Of a stretch of 33,369 nucleotides of DNA, positions 1 through 9,562 are shown piece after piece; the first letter of the stretch is position 1; each line of letters opens with the position of its first letter. The translations under genes were made by a program, and so were the position numbers. The notes beneath the pieces were generated by a model, which was not told the DNA's origin, searched no databases, and worked only from the letters and a program-made list of their open reading frames with translations. The stretch comes from Massalongia carnosa (Eukaryota), in assembly GCA_965645245.1 (NCBI GenBank), contig OZ287070.1:3100001-3133369 (forward strand), in the 5' to 3' direction.

Positions 1-2
1 GT

Positions 3-900
3 AATAACGAGAGGCATCACAATCGAATCCAATTAGCCGAATGCGAAGATAGGGACGGTATCTTGTATTTTCGAAACAAGAAATACGTACCTCGATCCGA
101 TCGTCTGAGGCTTCGTATCATTCAACTCGCTCACGATAGCGTCGCCGGCGGACATCCGGGCCGTTCCAAATGCCATGAGTTGGTAAATCGATCCTACTGG
201 TGGCCCAGCATGCATCAGTCCATCAAGCGATTTATCCGAAACTGCCACACTTGCAGAAGATCAAAACCATCCCGCCAGCGCTATCAGGGCTGGCTACGCC
301 CACTCCCCCCCCCCCGAGCGCAGATGGCGGGATATTTCCATGGATTATGTAGGCCCCCTGACCCCCAGCACCTTCATGGGAATCACTTATCGCTACATCT
401 TGGTGGTTATAGATCGCCTGTCCAAGATGCGACATTTCATTCCTATCACGTCCATGGAAGTTGAAGACGCCGCCGATGCGTTCTATCAGAATGTCTGGAA
501 ACTACATGGGCTTCCCGAAGCCATGGTTTCTGATCGTGGCCCCCAATTCGTCTCCGATTTCTGGCAGCTCATGTGCAAGAGGCTGAAAATCGACGCCAAG
601 CTATCCACCGGATACCACCCGGAGACCGACGGGCAGACCGAGCGAGCCAACGCCACCATGGAGCACTACCTAAGGGCTTATGTCAACTACATGCAGGATG
701 ACTGGGCACAATGGCTTCCTGGCGCCGAATTCGCCAGCAATAACACCGATTCATCTAGTATCCTGGCCTCCCCCTTCCTAGCCAACTTCGGGCAACATCC
801 CCGCATGGGATTTGAACCGGAGGAACCCCTGCCGCAAGACCTAACCGCTCAGGGCAGAGCAAACCTAGTTGCAGCCAATCAGTTCGTGAATAAGATGCAG
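3..900 (+). pseudogene. pol: Gypsy pol: integrase H2C2 zinc-binding domain and DDE core (N-terminal piece)
   Basis: AHDSVAGGHPG...[37 protein letters not shown]. One frameshift in the 11-C run at 305-315 (10 C would restore the frame). Interrupted after NKMQ at 900. Confidence 0.93.
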
Positions 901-1084
901 CTAGTTCGTGTCAATCTCGTTATATTGCTACTAAGTATGTTTGGGCTATTGCTCACAGCCCCCGGCCTCGAGAGGGGGACTCGATAAGGGCCTTGCTGTC
1001 TACTAATGTAAGACCCTCTCGCAGGCCTTGGGCTGTGAACAGACTCCCAATCCCCAACATGGAACGACCCGCTTGCGGTGTTGT

Positions 1085-2140
1085 TCAGGACCTAGTGACT
1101 GGATTGTGAGGTTCCGTGGGTAATGTTTGAAGGCGTTTTGAGGCGTTAAGAAGGTAAGTGGGGTGGGTTTGTATGTAAAGCTTGTATGCGTCTGACTTCC
1201 ATCTTCCTAGCATCTGAATCTCGTCTTCGGTGAGTCCTGCCCGTCGCGCTGTTGTTGCCGCACCTCTTCTGAACGAGTGGCCAGAGAAATTTCCTATATA
1301 GCCCAAGTTCCTTAAGGTGGATTTCATCGCTGTTGTAATGTAGTCTCGAGTGAAGGACTGACCGTTTTTAAAGAGTGGTGCGGCCGGAGAACTTGGGAAT
1401 CGCCTATATAAATTTGTAAGAGAAGCTAGTGCACAAGCAACATCGTTGGTAGCCGCAATTGTCAGTGTTATGCCTCGGCGAAAGGGATCGGTTTTGGAGA
1501 CTGGTAGAGAGAGCTGTAGGTGATCTGCTTCGAACCTAATAGATTTTCTGGTGAGGTGCCATTGATCAAAGCTTGGGTCTAGTACATCTTGCGTTGTGTA
1601 AGTAAATTCTCCGGCTCGTAAGAAGCCTGCAAACGCTAAGCAGTACGCCGCATGTAAATTTGCGCCTTTCTCTTTCGTTTGATCAAGACGACTTAGCAAT
1701 TTGATTAAGATCTCTCTAGTAATTGGTAACCTTTCACGTTTCTCGGCTTCACCGTTCTTTCGCTTTATGCCAGTAAGGATGCGATCTAACACCGGGTGAT
1801 GAAATACGTCGAGATTACCGAGGCCCATATCTATCTGGCATGATCTTATGCCCGTCAAGTAGCTCTTAATAGTTTTTGGTTGCAGGCGTCGTTCACCCAA
1901 CGCTGCGATCCACGAAGACAGCGTCCGGATGTTGGCTGGAAATGGTGGCGCGTTGAGGTTTACCCTACAGTAAAGAACGTATCCCTTTCTTGCCGTTGTG
2001 TATAAAGATCTTGTCTTAGTGGCCAGGCCCCACCAGAGGTATCGTGCTGCGATTTCGTCTAGAGGTACCTCACTGTACCAAGATGGGGGTGGATCGCGTC
2101 CTATATTGCTGAGGGTAGAGCCTGAAACTGAGGGATTTTG
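1085..2140 (-). CDS. Tyrosine recombinase of the YR retrotransposon; frame is open from 2140 with no ATG near its start
   Basis: AFAGFLRAGE (R), SKTDP (K), GHSFRRGAAT (HxxR), GRWKSDAYKLY (W, Y). The frame extends stop-free upstream of the called TTG at 1900 (...YLWWGLATKTRSLY...). Confidence 0.92.
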   Translation of the reverse strand, partial: QNPSVSGSTLSNIGRDPPPSWYSEVPLDEIAARYLWWGLATKTRSLYTTARKGYVLYCRVNLNAPPFPANIRTLSSWIAALGERRLQPKTIKSYLTGIRSCQIDMGLGNLDVFHHPVLDRILTGIKRKNGEAEKRERLPITREILIKLLSRLDQTKEKGANLHAAYCLAFAGFLRAGEFTYTTQDVLDPSFDQWHLTRKSIRFEADHLQLSLPVSKTDPFRRGITLTIAATNDVACALASLTNLYRRFPSSPAAPLFKNGQSFTRDYITTAMKSTLRNLGYIGNFSGHSFRRGAATTARRAGLTEDEIQMLGRWKSDAYKLYIQTHPTYLLNASKRLQTLPTEPHNPVTRS

Positions 2141-3717
2141 TCAGCCAGTTTCTTCAAAAGTCCTCTAGACAAGAGATCAGCAATATAATTTTCTTTGGAT
2201 GATATCCATCGCGCTTCTATCTGGATATCATGTAATGCAGCTAGCATTGTAATTGCCCGCAGGGCATGCATTGCTTGGCCTCGTATAGAGGTTTTATTCA
2301 CTCCTTTCGTGACAGCGTAGCTATCACAATAGAGGATTAAATGACTACCCTTGCATATAGGTAGCCACTTTTTCATAGCTTGAAGAATTGCTGTCATTTC
2401 TTTGACGTTGATATGCTTTGCCCTAAGGCGCGTAGTAAAGCGTGTGCTAAAAGCCTGCCGGGCTGCTTGTATATTATGCAAATTTTGATCCTCGCTGAGG
2501 ATAAAGCCGCCCATACCATATGAGCCGGACGCATCTGTCCATATTCTCATAGTATGTCTAGTACGGTTGAGCAGATGTATGCCATTCCATTTAGGTAGGA
2601 AATGATGCCACCATAGAAGATCAGCCCTCATGTCCTTGTTAAGATGGATTAGTTTAGAGGTTACGCTTGCCGTAGCATTGAAAAGACGGCGTAGAAAGGC
2701 TCTTCCTGGTTTTACCACTCTGGCTGCAAAGCATAAGAATCCTAGAAGAGAGTCGAGTTCCTTCCTGGGTATGGCTTTTTTATTCAAAGCTGCCGATACT
2801 AGGGTCTTTGCTTTTAGTAACTTTTCGGAAGGCAAGCGTGCTTCCATGAGCGCGGTATCGATTTCAATGCCGAGGAAATCGCAAGTCGTTCCAGTTCTGT
2901 TCTTTTCGAGCTTGATTTTCATGCCAAGATCTTTACAAATGTTGTGGAAAACTTGATCAAACTTTTCAGCATCTGGTCCGGTGCTGACTATTATTAAAAA
3001 ATCATCCAAGTAATGAATAGCGTCTTTCCAACCACAGTTGTACAATATCCAGTTGATACCCTTCGCGAACAGATCAAAAAGGAACGGCGACGTTCTCAGC
3101 CCAAAGGGTAAGTATTTATCCATCCAAAAGGAATCCTGCCACTTGAAACCTAGTAACCACCAATCGCTTTTTGCTACTGGTATGTGGCGAAAAGCGTCCG
3201 CAAAGTCTCTTTTAATAAGAATACACCCTGGCCCGCGTTGCTCAATCAACCTAATGGCTTCGTCGAAGCTGGTATATTCCAGGGAGCCCCAGTCTTCCGG
3301 TATGTGGTCGTTGACTGAGCTACTCTCCGGATACGATAGATGATGGATTCGCCGCCAACCACCGTTAGCCTTTGGTACAAGGCCTAATGGGGAACATATA
3401 AAGCAAGAAGGAATGTTGTTGACTTTCTCCAACCGATTACTAGCTATTTGTTCTTCGAGGTCATTGGTAAGAACTTCCGGTGCCTCATTTGCAGAGGCAA
3501 GATTATCGCTAATAATGAGTTGATGTGGTCCTGTATAATCAACTTTGGCACCGTAGGTGATGATATCGATAATTGTTTGTGTGTAAGTGCGATCCGGGTG
3601 ATTGGCCAAATGTTTCTCCCAGCCTTCTTTCTTCAATGGGCCCGGTGGGATCTTTGTTAGATTGTCCGTCAAGGTGTATGGAAAGGACTCCGCGATGGAT
3701 AAGAATGGGGCGGTTAG
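2101..3717 (-). CDS. pol: Reverse transcriptase + RNase H of the YR retrotransposon
   Basis: KRDFADAFRHIP, LPFGLRTSP, HYLDDF, FLGIEID; RNase H motifs WTDASG, HINVKEM, YCDS, ADLLSR. The frame is open from immediately after the gag stop. Confidence 0.95.
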   Translation of the reverse strand, partial: LTAPFLSIAESFPYTLTDNLTKIPPGPLKKEGWEKHLANHPDRTYTQTIIDIITYGAKVDYTGPHQLIISDNLASANEAPEVLTNDLEEQIASNRLEKVNNIPSCFICSPLGLVPKANGGWRRIHHLSYPESSSVNDHIPEDWGSLEYTSFDEAIRLIEQRGPGCILIKRDFADAFRHIPVAKSDWWLLGFKWQDSFWMDKYLPFGLRTSPFLFDLFAKGINWILYNCGWKDAIHYLDDFLIIVSTGPDAEKFDQVFHNICKDLGMKIKLEKNRTGTTCDFLGIEIDTALMEARLPSEKLLKAKTLVSAALNKKAIPRKELDSLLGFLCFAARVVKPGRAFLRRLFNATASVTSKLIHLNKDMRADLLWWHHFLPKWNGIHLLNRTRHTMRIWTDASGSYGMGGFILSEDQNLHNIQAARQAFSTRFTTRLRAKHINVKEMTAILQAMKKWLPICKGSHLILYCDSYAVTKGVNKTSIRGQAMHALRAITMLAALHDIQIEARWISSKENYIADLLSRGLLKKLADKIPQFQALPSAI

Positions 3718-4872
3718 TCATTGCCTTGATGGGAGAGGCATCGAATTTGGGTTAGAGGGTTGATTTTTTCCATTTGTACAGTCCATCGCCCGATGTTGCT
3801 TTCCACATTTCTCACACACATGTTGGAATCTACAATATACGGGACAGTCTTTGCCATAGTTGTATTTCTTACAGATAATCTTTTCGCCTGAGGTTTTGAA
3901 AGCCGTAGAATTATCGTCCGGTTTTGCAAAGTAAGCGGACGGTTTCCGCACAAGATGCCTTTCCAAGGAATGGTCCATTTCTTTCCATCCATCCGGGTTG
4001 TCAATCCCGCGAAAGGCTCGAGATTTGTGGAAATTCAAATGAAAGATGCGAACCGAGTCCCAGGTGTAGAAGGCGTATAATGATAGAAGATGGTCCTGAT
4101 AAGCCATGAAGGCTCTCATCAGGTTTATCTGGAGACCGGGGTGTGCAAAGTGTAGTAGTATCATCCAATATACCCCGAGACATCGTATCAAATGAACTAT
4201 CCCTTTGATATCTTTTAAGGAGCCATCTTCTTCTCTCGTGGCGATTTCCAGACCTTCTCCGAGTTTGACGTATCTAGAGTTGGTTTGAACTCCGTCGATG
4301 TCGGTACATAGCTTGGTAATGTTGATTGGGTCAAACGTATTCTCGGAGATTTGCTTTATCCATATGGGCTTGATAGTGGGATATTCGTTCATAAGAGAAA
4401 CAAAACGAGGATCCATACCTTCTGTATACAATGAGTTTGGTCGATGCGGTCGAAATGATGTCGGAAATAATAGGGAAGGCTGTTGAGCTGAGGCTACTGG
4501 CCCAGGGACCACGTCTCGGGCACGTGCTTGTTGGGTTTCGATATCCCGCCTAAGACTTACTCTTTCTCTTTCCTCGGCTTCCCTGCGGGACATTTCGCGT
4601 TGTGCTCTAAGTTCAATAATGTCATCAGGGGTGCGAGAACGGGTTTCCGGTATAACAGGCCCTTGTGAGGAGGAATTAAACGCTGAAGATGGAAGAGGAG
4701 AAGGTTGAGGATGGCTTTGAAGGGTTGCCGTGCTGTCTTGTGAGTCGGGTACTTCGACGTCTGGGTTGGAGTTGGCTAGATTTGCCCTAGCTCTAGTTCT
4801 AGTACGGGCTAGAGTGCTGCCTTGTGTGCGGGAGGTAGGCTTGGTGATTCTGTTGGAGATGCGGGTGGCCAT
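3718..4872 (-). CDS. gag: Gag-like ORF1 with C-terminal CCCH/CCHC zinc fingers
   Basis: First ATG at 4872 (MATRISNR); C-terminal CKKYNYGKDCPVYCRFQHVCEKCGKQHRAMDC; lies upstream of RT. Confidence 0.85.
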   Translation of the reverse strand: MATRISNRITKPTSRTQGSTLARTRTRARANLANSNPDVEVPDSQDSTATLQSHPQPSPLPSSAFNSSSQGPVIPETRSRTPDDIIELRAQREMSRREAEERERVSLRRDIETQQARARDVVPGPVASAQQPSLLFPTSFRPHRPNSLYTEGMDPRFVSLMNEYPTIKPIWIKQISENTFDPINITKLCTDIDGVQTNSRYVKLGEGLEIATREEDGSLKDIKGIVHLIRCLGVYWMILLHFAHPGLQINLMRAFMAYQDHLLSLYAFYTWDSVRIFHLNFHKSRAFRGIDNPDGWKEMDHSLERHLVRKPSAYFAKPDDNSTAFKTSGEKIICKKYNYGKDCPVYCRFQHVCEKCGKQHRAMDCTNGKNQPSNPNSMPLPSRQ

Positions 4873-5033
4873 TTTTGGAGGAGAGGGATTTGAATAGAGT
4901 AAATTTAAGTGTAGTGGTTGTATAAATTTGAATTGGGTGAAAAGAAAACGTTGCAAACAGTGCTATCAAAATGCTATGCTTTTTGATTGTCTTGAGATGT
5001 GAGATGATGAGGGATACCGTCTGGGACCTCCTC

Positions 5034-5041
5034 TTTATATA
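5034..5041 (-). promoter_or_regulatory. Probable TATA box of the YR retrotransposon
   Basis: TATATAAA on the minus strand about 160 bp upstream of the gag ATG. Confidence 0.5.
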
Positions 5042-5145
5042 TCTTCTTCCTATTCTCCTTGTCCTACTCTACCATCCCAGTATGCCCCATCAACGCGGCC
5101 CATAGCAAGGCATACACAAATCCGAAACCTAACTGTCGTCCGAAG

Positions 5146-5238
5146 GATCGATGCGGTGCTAAGATCTCTATGCCGTGCTGAGACATCCTTATGGTGCTGA
5201 GACATCTATGCCGTCCGAGAGATCCATGCGGTGCCGAA
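5146..5238. repeat. About 5 degenerate 17-20 bp tandem units near the 5' end of the YR element
   Basis: gatcgatgcggtgctaa / gatctctatgccgtgctga / gacatccttatggtgctga / gacatctatgccgtccgaga / gatccatgcggtgccgaa. Confidence 0.7.
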
Positions 5239-5296
5239 ATCAAAGCGGGAGCTGTCTCGATTAACGACGCACTAGCTCTCAGCATAGCCGAACTAG

Positions 5297-5878
5297 GATA
5301 TCGACACTCATCTTCGAGACGAAATGCTGATGGCCCAAGCTTCGTACGAAGCAACTGCAAATGCTAACCGACGTCCCTGCCCCCGCTATTTCGTTGGCGA
5401 TATGGTGTGGCTAAGCACCAGAAATATCCAAACCGCTCGCCCCACAGTCAAGCTGGATGACCGAAATATCGGCCCCTACCGCGTCAGCAAGGTGTTTTCC
5501 AACCCCTTGATCGTACAGCTGGAGCTTCCCGATACCGTCAAAATCCATCCCGTCTTTCACGTCAATCTGTTGCAGCATAATGCCAATGACCCCCTCCCCG
5601 GGCAGAGACCGGAGCCTAGAGACCCCGTCATCGCCGAAGATGGCCAACGAGAATGGTATGTCAATAGGGTATTGAATTCCAAGCTCGACCGACGTTTTCA
5701 ACCCCCGCTTCTGAAATACCTAGTGGATTGGGAAGGGCATCCTTCCACCTGGGAGCCTTTCAACTATCTCATCAATTGTCAGCAAGTCATAGACGAATAC
5801 CACCAAGCCTATCCCAATGCGGCCGGCCCTCATCTAAACCCCTGTCAAATTCCCCGTTGCCAATGCCACGAGGCATAG
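5297..5878 (+). pseudogene. pol: Gypsy integrase C-terminus with GPY/F region and chromodomain
   Basis: GPYRVSKV...HPVFHVNLL; EWYVNRVLNS...KYLVDWEGHPSTWEP; in frame with 340-900. Confidence 0.93.
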
Positions 5879-5921
5879 ATAAGATGGCATCGCAGGAGCT
5901 CTGCCTTGAAGGGGGAGCTAC

Positions 5922-6408
5922 TGTCATGAAATGCCTCCGACCTCACCGCGTGCCTCTACCACGTGCCTTGATCTGATGACTACTCACGGACGTCGTGCCA
6001 TGCCTTCGGGACCCTCATATCATTCTTCGAATTCGCCGATTACTGATCATTAATCAGCCTCGCATTGATGATTTATTCCCGTCTTTCGACTATTATCATG
6101 TCTAATAGCTTCGCATTGATGTTTGACATCTCCCGTCTCCTCGCTGACCCCATCGTGCTTATTGCCGCTATAATGCCCCTCATTCATCATCGCACTGACT
6201 AGACATCATTCGCCGCCACCCTAGAAAGATGAATATGGGAGGACAAAGATATAAGAAAGAAGTCGAATCATGGAAGTTCTGATTCTTTGTCGAACGTCTT
6301 GAATAGCCAACCTAGCCTAGCCTAGATTCATAGCTATAGACTCAATCAATAAGCTTGACCATCAACCCACCTTGCCTTTGCCCTTGCCCTCGACCTGATT
6401 TCGTGACA
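5922..6408 (+). repeat. 3' LTR of the Gypsy element (487 bp)
   Basis: Starts TGTCATGAAAT and ends ATTTCGTGACA (10/11 inverted match); preceded by PPT GAAGGGGGAG at 5908-5917. Confidence 0.9.
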
Positions 6409-6965
6409 AATGCCAGGAATGCCCTCATCTACGAAAATTTCCATTTCCAGTGCAAAAGCTTATAGTTGATCAATGGAAGCTAGCTGCTAAAAGCCTAGCA
6501 GACGGTGAAGCACCGGCAGGTGAAATGCCAGATGAGCTGACATGTCCTGTAGATTGTTTATTTTATCGACAATATCAACTTCCATGCAGGCATCTATGGC
6601 ATTATCACATCGTTTTCGAGACGTTTCAGGAGTCCGATTGGTTGGCTTGGGCCGAGATGTTTGAAAATAGCGGCTTTGAAGTGTATGAAACGTCGGCTAG
6701 ACTGAATATTGAACGTCACGAAGATATCGAGGAACCTGATCGTCATATGCTGCAGATGAGGGAGGTTATAGACACTATAAAAGAAAAATTCTACGAAGTT
6801 ATGGAGCACACCCCTGTTTGGACAGCTGAGGAAAGAATTCCTCAAATAGAGAGATGGCTTGGCTGGCTGGAGAAATTGACTGGCCCAATAAGAAGACAGG
6901 GGGTGGAGGAGGCCTTGCAAGAGCTGAAAGGTGAGGCGGCGACGGGGGGGTTTTGGAAGCGGTGA
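6409..6965 (+). pseudogene. C-terminal part of a Mutator-like (MULE) transposase with SWIM zinc finger, cut off by the Gypsy insertion
   Basis: CPVDCLFYRQYQLPCRH SWIM-like motif; the frame is open right up to the LTR end; followed by subterminal tandem repeats. Confidence 0.7.
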
Positions 6966-6986
6966 CGAGATGAAAATGATGACTAA

Positions 6987-7095
6987 GGGGGGGGTTTTCT
7001 ATGTTGCGCCGGGGGGAATTTTCTATGTTGGCACCGGGGGTAATTTTTCTATGTTGGCGCCGGAGGAAATTTTATATGCTGGCACCGGGGGGGGG
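6987..7095. repeat. Four ~29-31 bp tandem repeats, probably subterminal repeats of the MULE
   Basis: Consensus ttttctatgttggc(a/g)ccgggggg(aa) repeated four times. Confidence 0.8.
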
Positions 7096-7524
7096 ATCTA
7101 AGCAGCAAGAAATTTACTATACTTATGTGGGATTGAATAGTGTATGTTCATTAAACATAAGCCAAGTTCATTGAATATAAGCCTGGTGATGTAAGTAAGC
7201 AAATGGGGCTGACTAATGGTGCTGCGGGAGCTACGTGGTATGAAAAATAGAAAACGTCTGAGGTATAGAAGCTCCCCGGGAACTGCGGTCCCTGCGCCAG
7301 GCCAACAAGGAATTCCATGTCTACCTCTCGGACTTCCAGCGTATTGCCCCGGATACCAATTTCGACGAGGACGCAATGCGCTCAGCTCTGCTGGAAGGCA
7401 TCAGTGACGAGCTGAAGCAGCTCATGGTTACCCAAATCACTCCCGAGGACCTCGACGAACTGGTGACCCTCCTCCAACGGCTAGACACCCGCCAACGGAA
7501 TGTCAATGCTTCCCCTCCGGAAGC

Positions 7525-7716
7525 TGTCAAATATATAAGGGTCAAAAGGCATAATCAGGGAATTGGGTAGATGTTGATTGTATTGTGGAGGATGTGGAAA
7601 AGTGGGAATCTATCTAAGGGGGGAGGCCACGTGTCTAGTCGGGCCGGAATAACCCTTCGGATATATCATCCTGAGTTACCACTGATGTTTAGGATTAGTT
7701 ATCCTATAATTTGACA
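7525..7716. mobile_element. Solo LTR (192 bp)
   Basis: TGTCAAAT...ATTTGACA termini; 5-bp TSD GAAGC at 7520-7524 and 7717-7721. Confidence 0.9.
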
Positions 7717-7933
7717 GAAGCCATACTCCCCCCGGTCCACCCCACCTTCTTCTGGTGTGGTGACCCCCCTTCATAACCCCCGGTCGGGAGGAGTCGCCCT
7801 CCCCCGATCCGTCTCTTCTTCCGCCGCCTCCCCGTCTCCCCTTCCGGCCGCCGAGCCGATAGACCTCTCCGCCACACACAGAGGTAATTATCTCAAGCAA
7901 AAGTCACCCGTCGGATGAACGAAGGGTTGTGCC

Positions 7934-8792
7934 TGTTGGAATACTCGCTTAGCCCCATTAGTTCTAGCTCAGCCCTGCAGGCTGCCATGACTGCTATAAG
8001 CAGTCATCTCCGTAGTAATTTCAACATTATGCCGTCAACTGTTTATTTAACAGGTTATGAGTCCCGGGTTTGTGCTTTGCGCCCCTCCGACGGCATCCTT
8101 CATGCATAGACTACGTACTATCATGTCGTATCAAGAAGATGGTGAGGTGAAAGTTCAGACGTGGAAAGCGCGAAAACGAAGCGGAAACGACATCGAAAGG
8201 GATGAGAAACGAAGCGGAAACGAAGCGGAAACGTCATCGAAAGTGGTGTACGTACGAAACGTGCTGAGGAGGACATCTACAACGGGCGGTGCCTCGAAGA
8301 CTTCACATCTTGCAATACTGGTCAGATCAGCAAGGGGAGATAAAAGCCCTGCGATCAGGCCACCAACGTCAATGGTCTGCGGGAAAATGTCTAACAGAGA
8401 CATCGAGAAAAGCCCTGCTCAGGCCATCAATAAAACACGTCCATAGTACTCTTCCCATCCACCCATACACTCACAAAAGCTACGTCTCGAGAGATAGTTA
8501 TGGGTTTAATGAGGCTACAAAGCAGGACAACAAAAGACATAAGAAAGAACTACGTGCTTAGGGAAAATGGAGCCAGAGGGAGCTAGATTCGTTCCGCAAT
8601 GGACACAGCTGGATGAATCACTTCGCAAGGGGAGTGATAAAAGCTGGATAGTTCAATTTTGGAGGCGAAAGGGGAGCCACGCTCGAAGGGGAGTGTTGGA
8701 ATACTCGCTTAGCCCTGCAGGCTGGCATGACTGCTATAAGCAGTCACCTCCGTAGTAATTTCAACATTATGCCGTCAACTGTTTATTTAACA
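7934..8792 (+). mobile_element. Miniature non-autonomous copia-type LTR element (TRIM-like, 859 bp)
   Basis: LTRs at 7934-8052 and 8694-8792 (TG...CA); TSD GTGCC; PBS-like GGTTATGAG at 8053; PPT GAAGGGGAG before the 3' LTR; no pol motifs inside. Confidence 0.9.
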
Positions 8793-9562
8793 GTGCCGCT
8801 ACTGTGGGGGGTCAGGACATTTTGCGGCCGTCTGCCCTCGAAAGGGAGAAACCAAGCCGCGAACCTCTCGGCTGAACGAGTCCTCTCTAGCTGAGGTCTC
8901 GGAAAACGCGTCGTCTTCGGGCTAAGTCGCCCCCGAAGACGTTCAGAAGGGGTCCCTGTGTCGATTTCAGCCTTTTCTCTCTCAGAAGATTCGTTAGACG
9001 GTAGACATTGTGTCATATCTATAGCACTCTCTATGGAAAATCGAGTTATACACACCCATTCTTTGAGTGATTGCGGTACCTCGAGCTACGCATTCATTGA
9101 TTCATCCTTCGCGCGAAAACAATTCGCTGCCTTTCACCCATCTTGTCCGTCCTCGTATCCTCGAAGTAGTCGATGGTCGCCCCGCGGCGGCCGGAAAACT
9201 TACTCATCTGATCAAGTCAAGGATGCGAATAAACCGTCATTCCGAGCAAGGCTCGTTCTTAGTTACCCAACTGGGTCATTATCCTGTCGTCCTGGGAGTC
9301 AAGTGGACCAAATTCCGGTTTTTTCCTGTATTTCTCATGCGAATCCTAATCCTAACTACGAGAAGTGATCGATCATGCGATGATGTGAATAATTTGATCA
9401 TGCGATGAGATCATGCGATGAGTAACTTAGACCTGTCATTGATTTTACATTCTTAGCTACCGTTCTTTTCTCGTTTCACCTACCGCGCTAACCGAATTAG
9501 GGTTTTTTCCTAAATTCCTCATCTCTAGAACTTCAACTGCTCAGCGTCACTCTTCCTCGATC

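Larger units (their letters stand above)
901..5296 (-). mobile_element. Tyrosine-recombinase retrotransposon (DIRS order, Ngaro-like domain content), 4396 bp, apparently intact
   Basis: gag, RT/RNase H and YR on the minus strand; no methyltransferase domain seen. Ends are CTAGTTCG (901-908) and CGAACTAG (5289-5296). Removing 901-5296 restores the Gypsy frame NKMQ|DIDTHLRDEMLMAQ with no duplication. Confidence 0.95.
1..6408 (+). mobile_element. Ty3/Gypsy (chromovirus-type) LTR retrotransposon, 3' part; 5' part lies outside the window; interrupted at 901-5296
   Basis: Integrase Zn finger, rve core, GPY/F and chromodomain motifs, followed by a polypurine tract and a TG...CA LTR. Confidence 0.95.
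7275..9306 (+). pseudogene. Second Ty3/Gypsy remnant: gag capsid, zinc knuckle and aspartic protease, split by two LTR insertions
   Basis: ELRSLRQANKEFHVYLSDFQRIA...GISDELK; EPIDLSA; GLC|RYCGGSGHFAAVCP (CCHC) across the 7934-8792 insert; SDCGTSSYAFIDSSFA and YPVVLGVKW protease motifs; frameshifts. Confidence 0.85.

Noticed and set aside
305..315. Frameshift in Gypsy integrase as programmed recoding
   Set aside because: It lies in an 11-C homopolymer in mid-integrase; slippage or a sequencing error is more likely
901..987. Hydrophobic C-terminal tail on the 215-aa integrase ORF
   Set aside because: Artefact of reading into the inserted YR element
5146..7095. Short tandem arrays (5146-5238, 6987-7095) as CRISPR-like
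   Set aside because: No unique spacers, eukaryotic context and no cas genes
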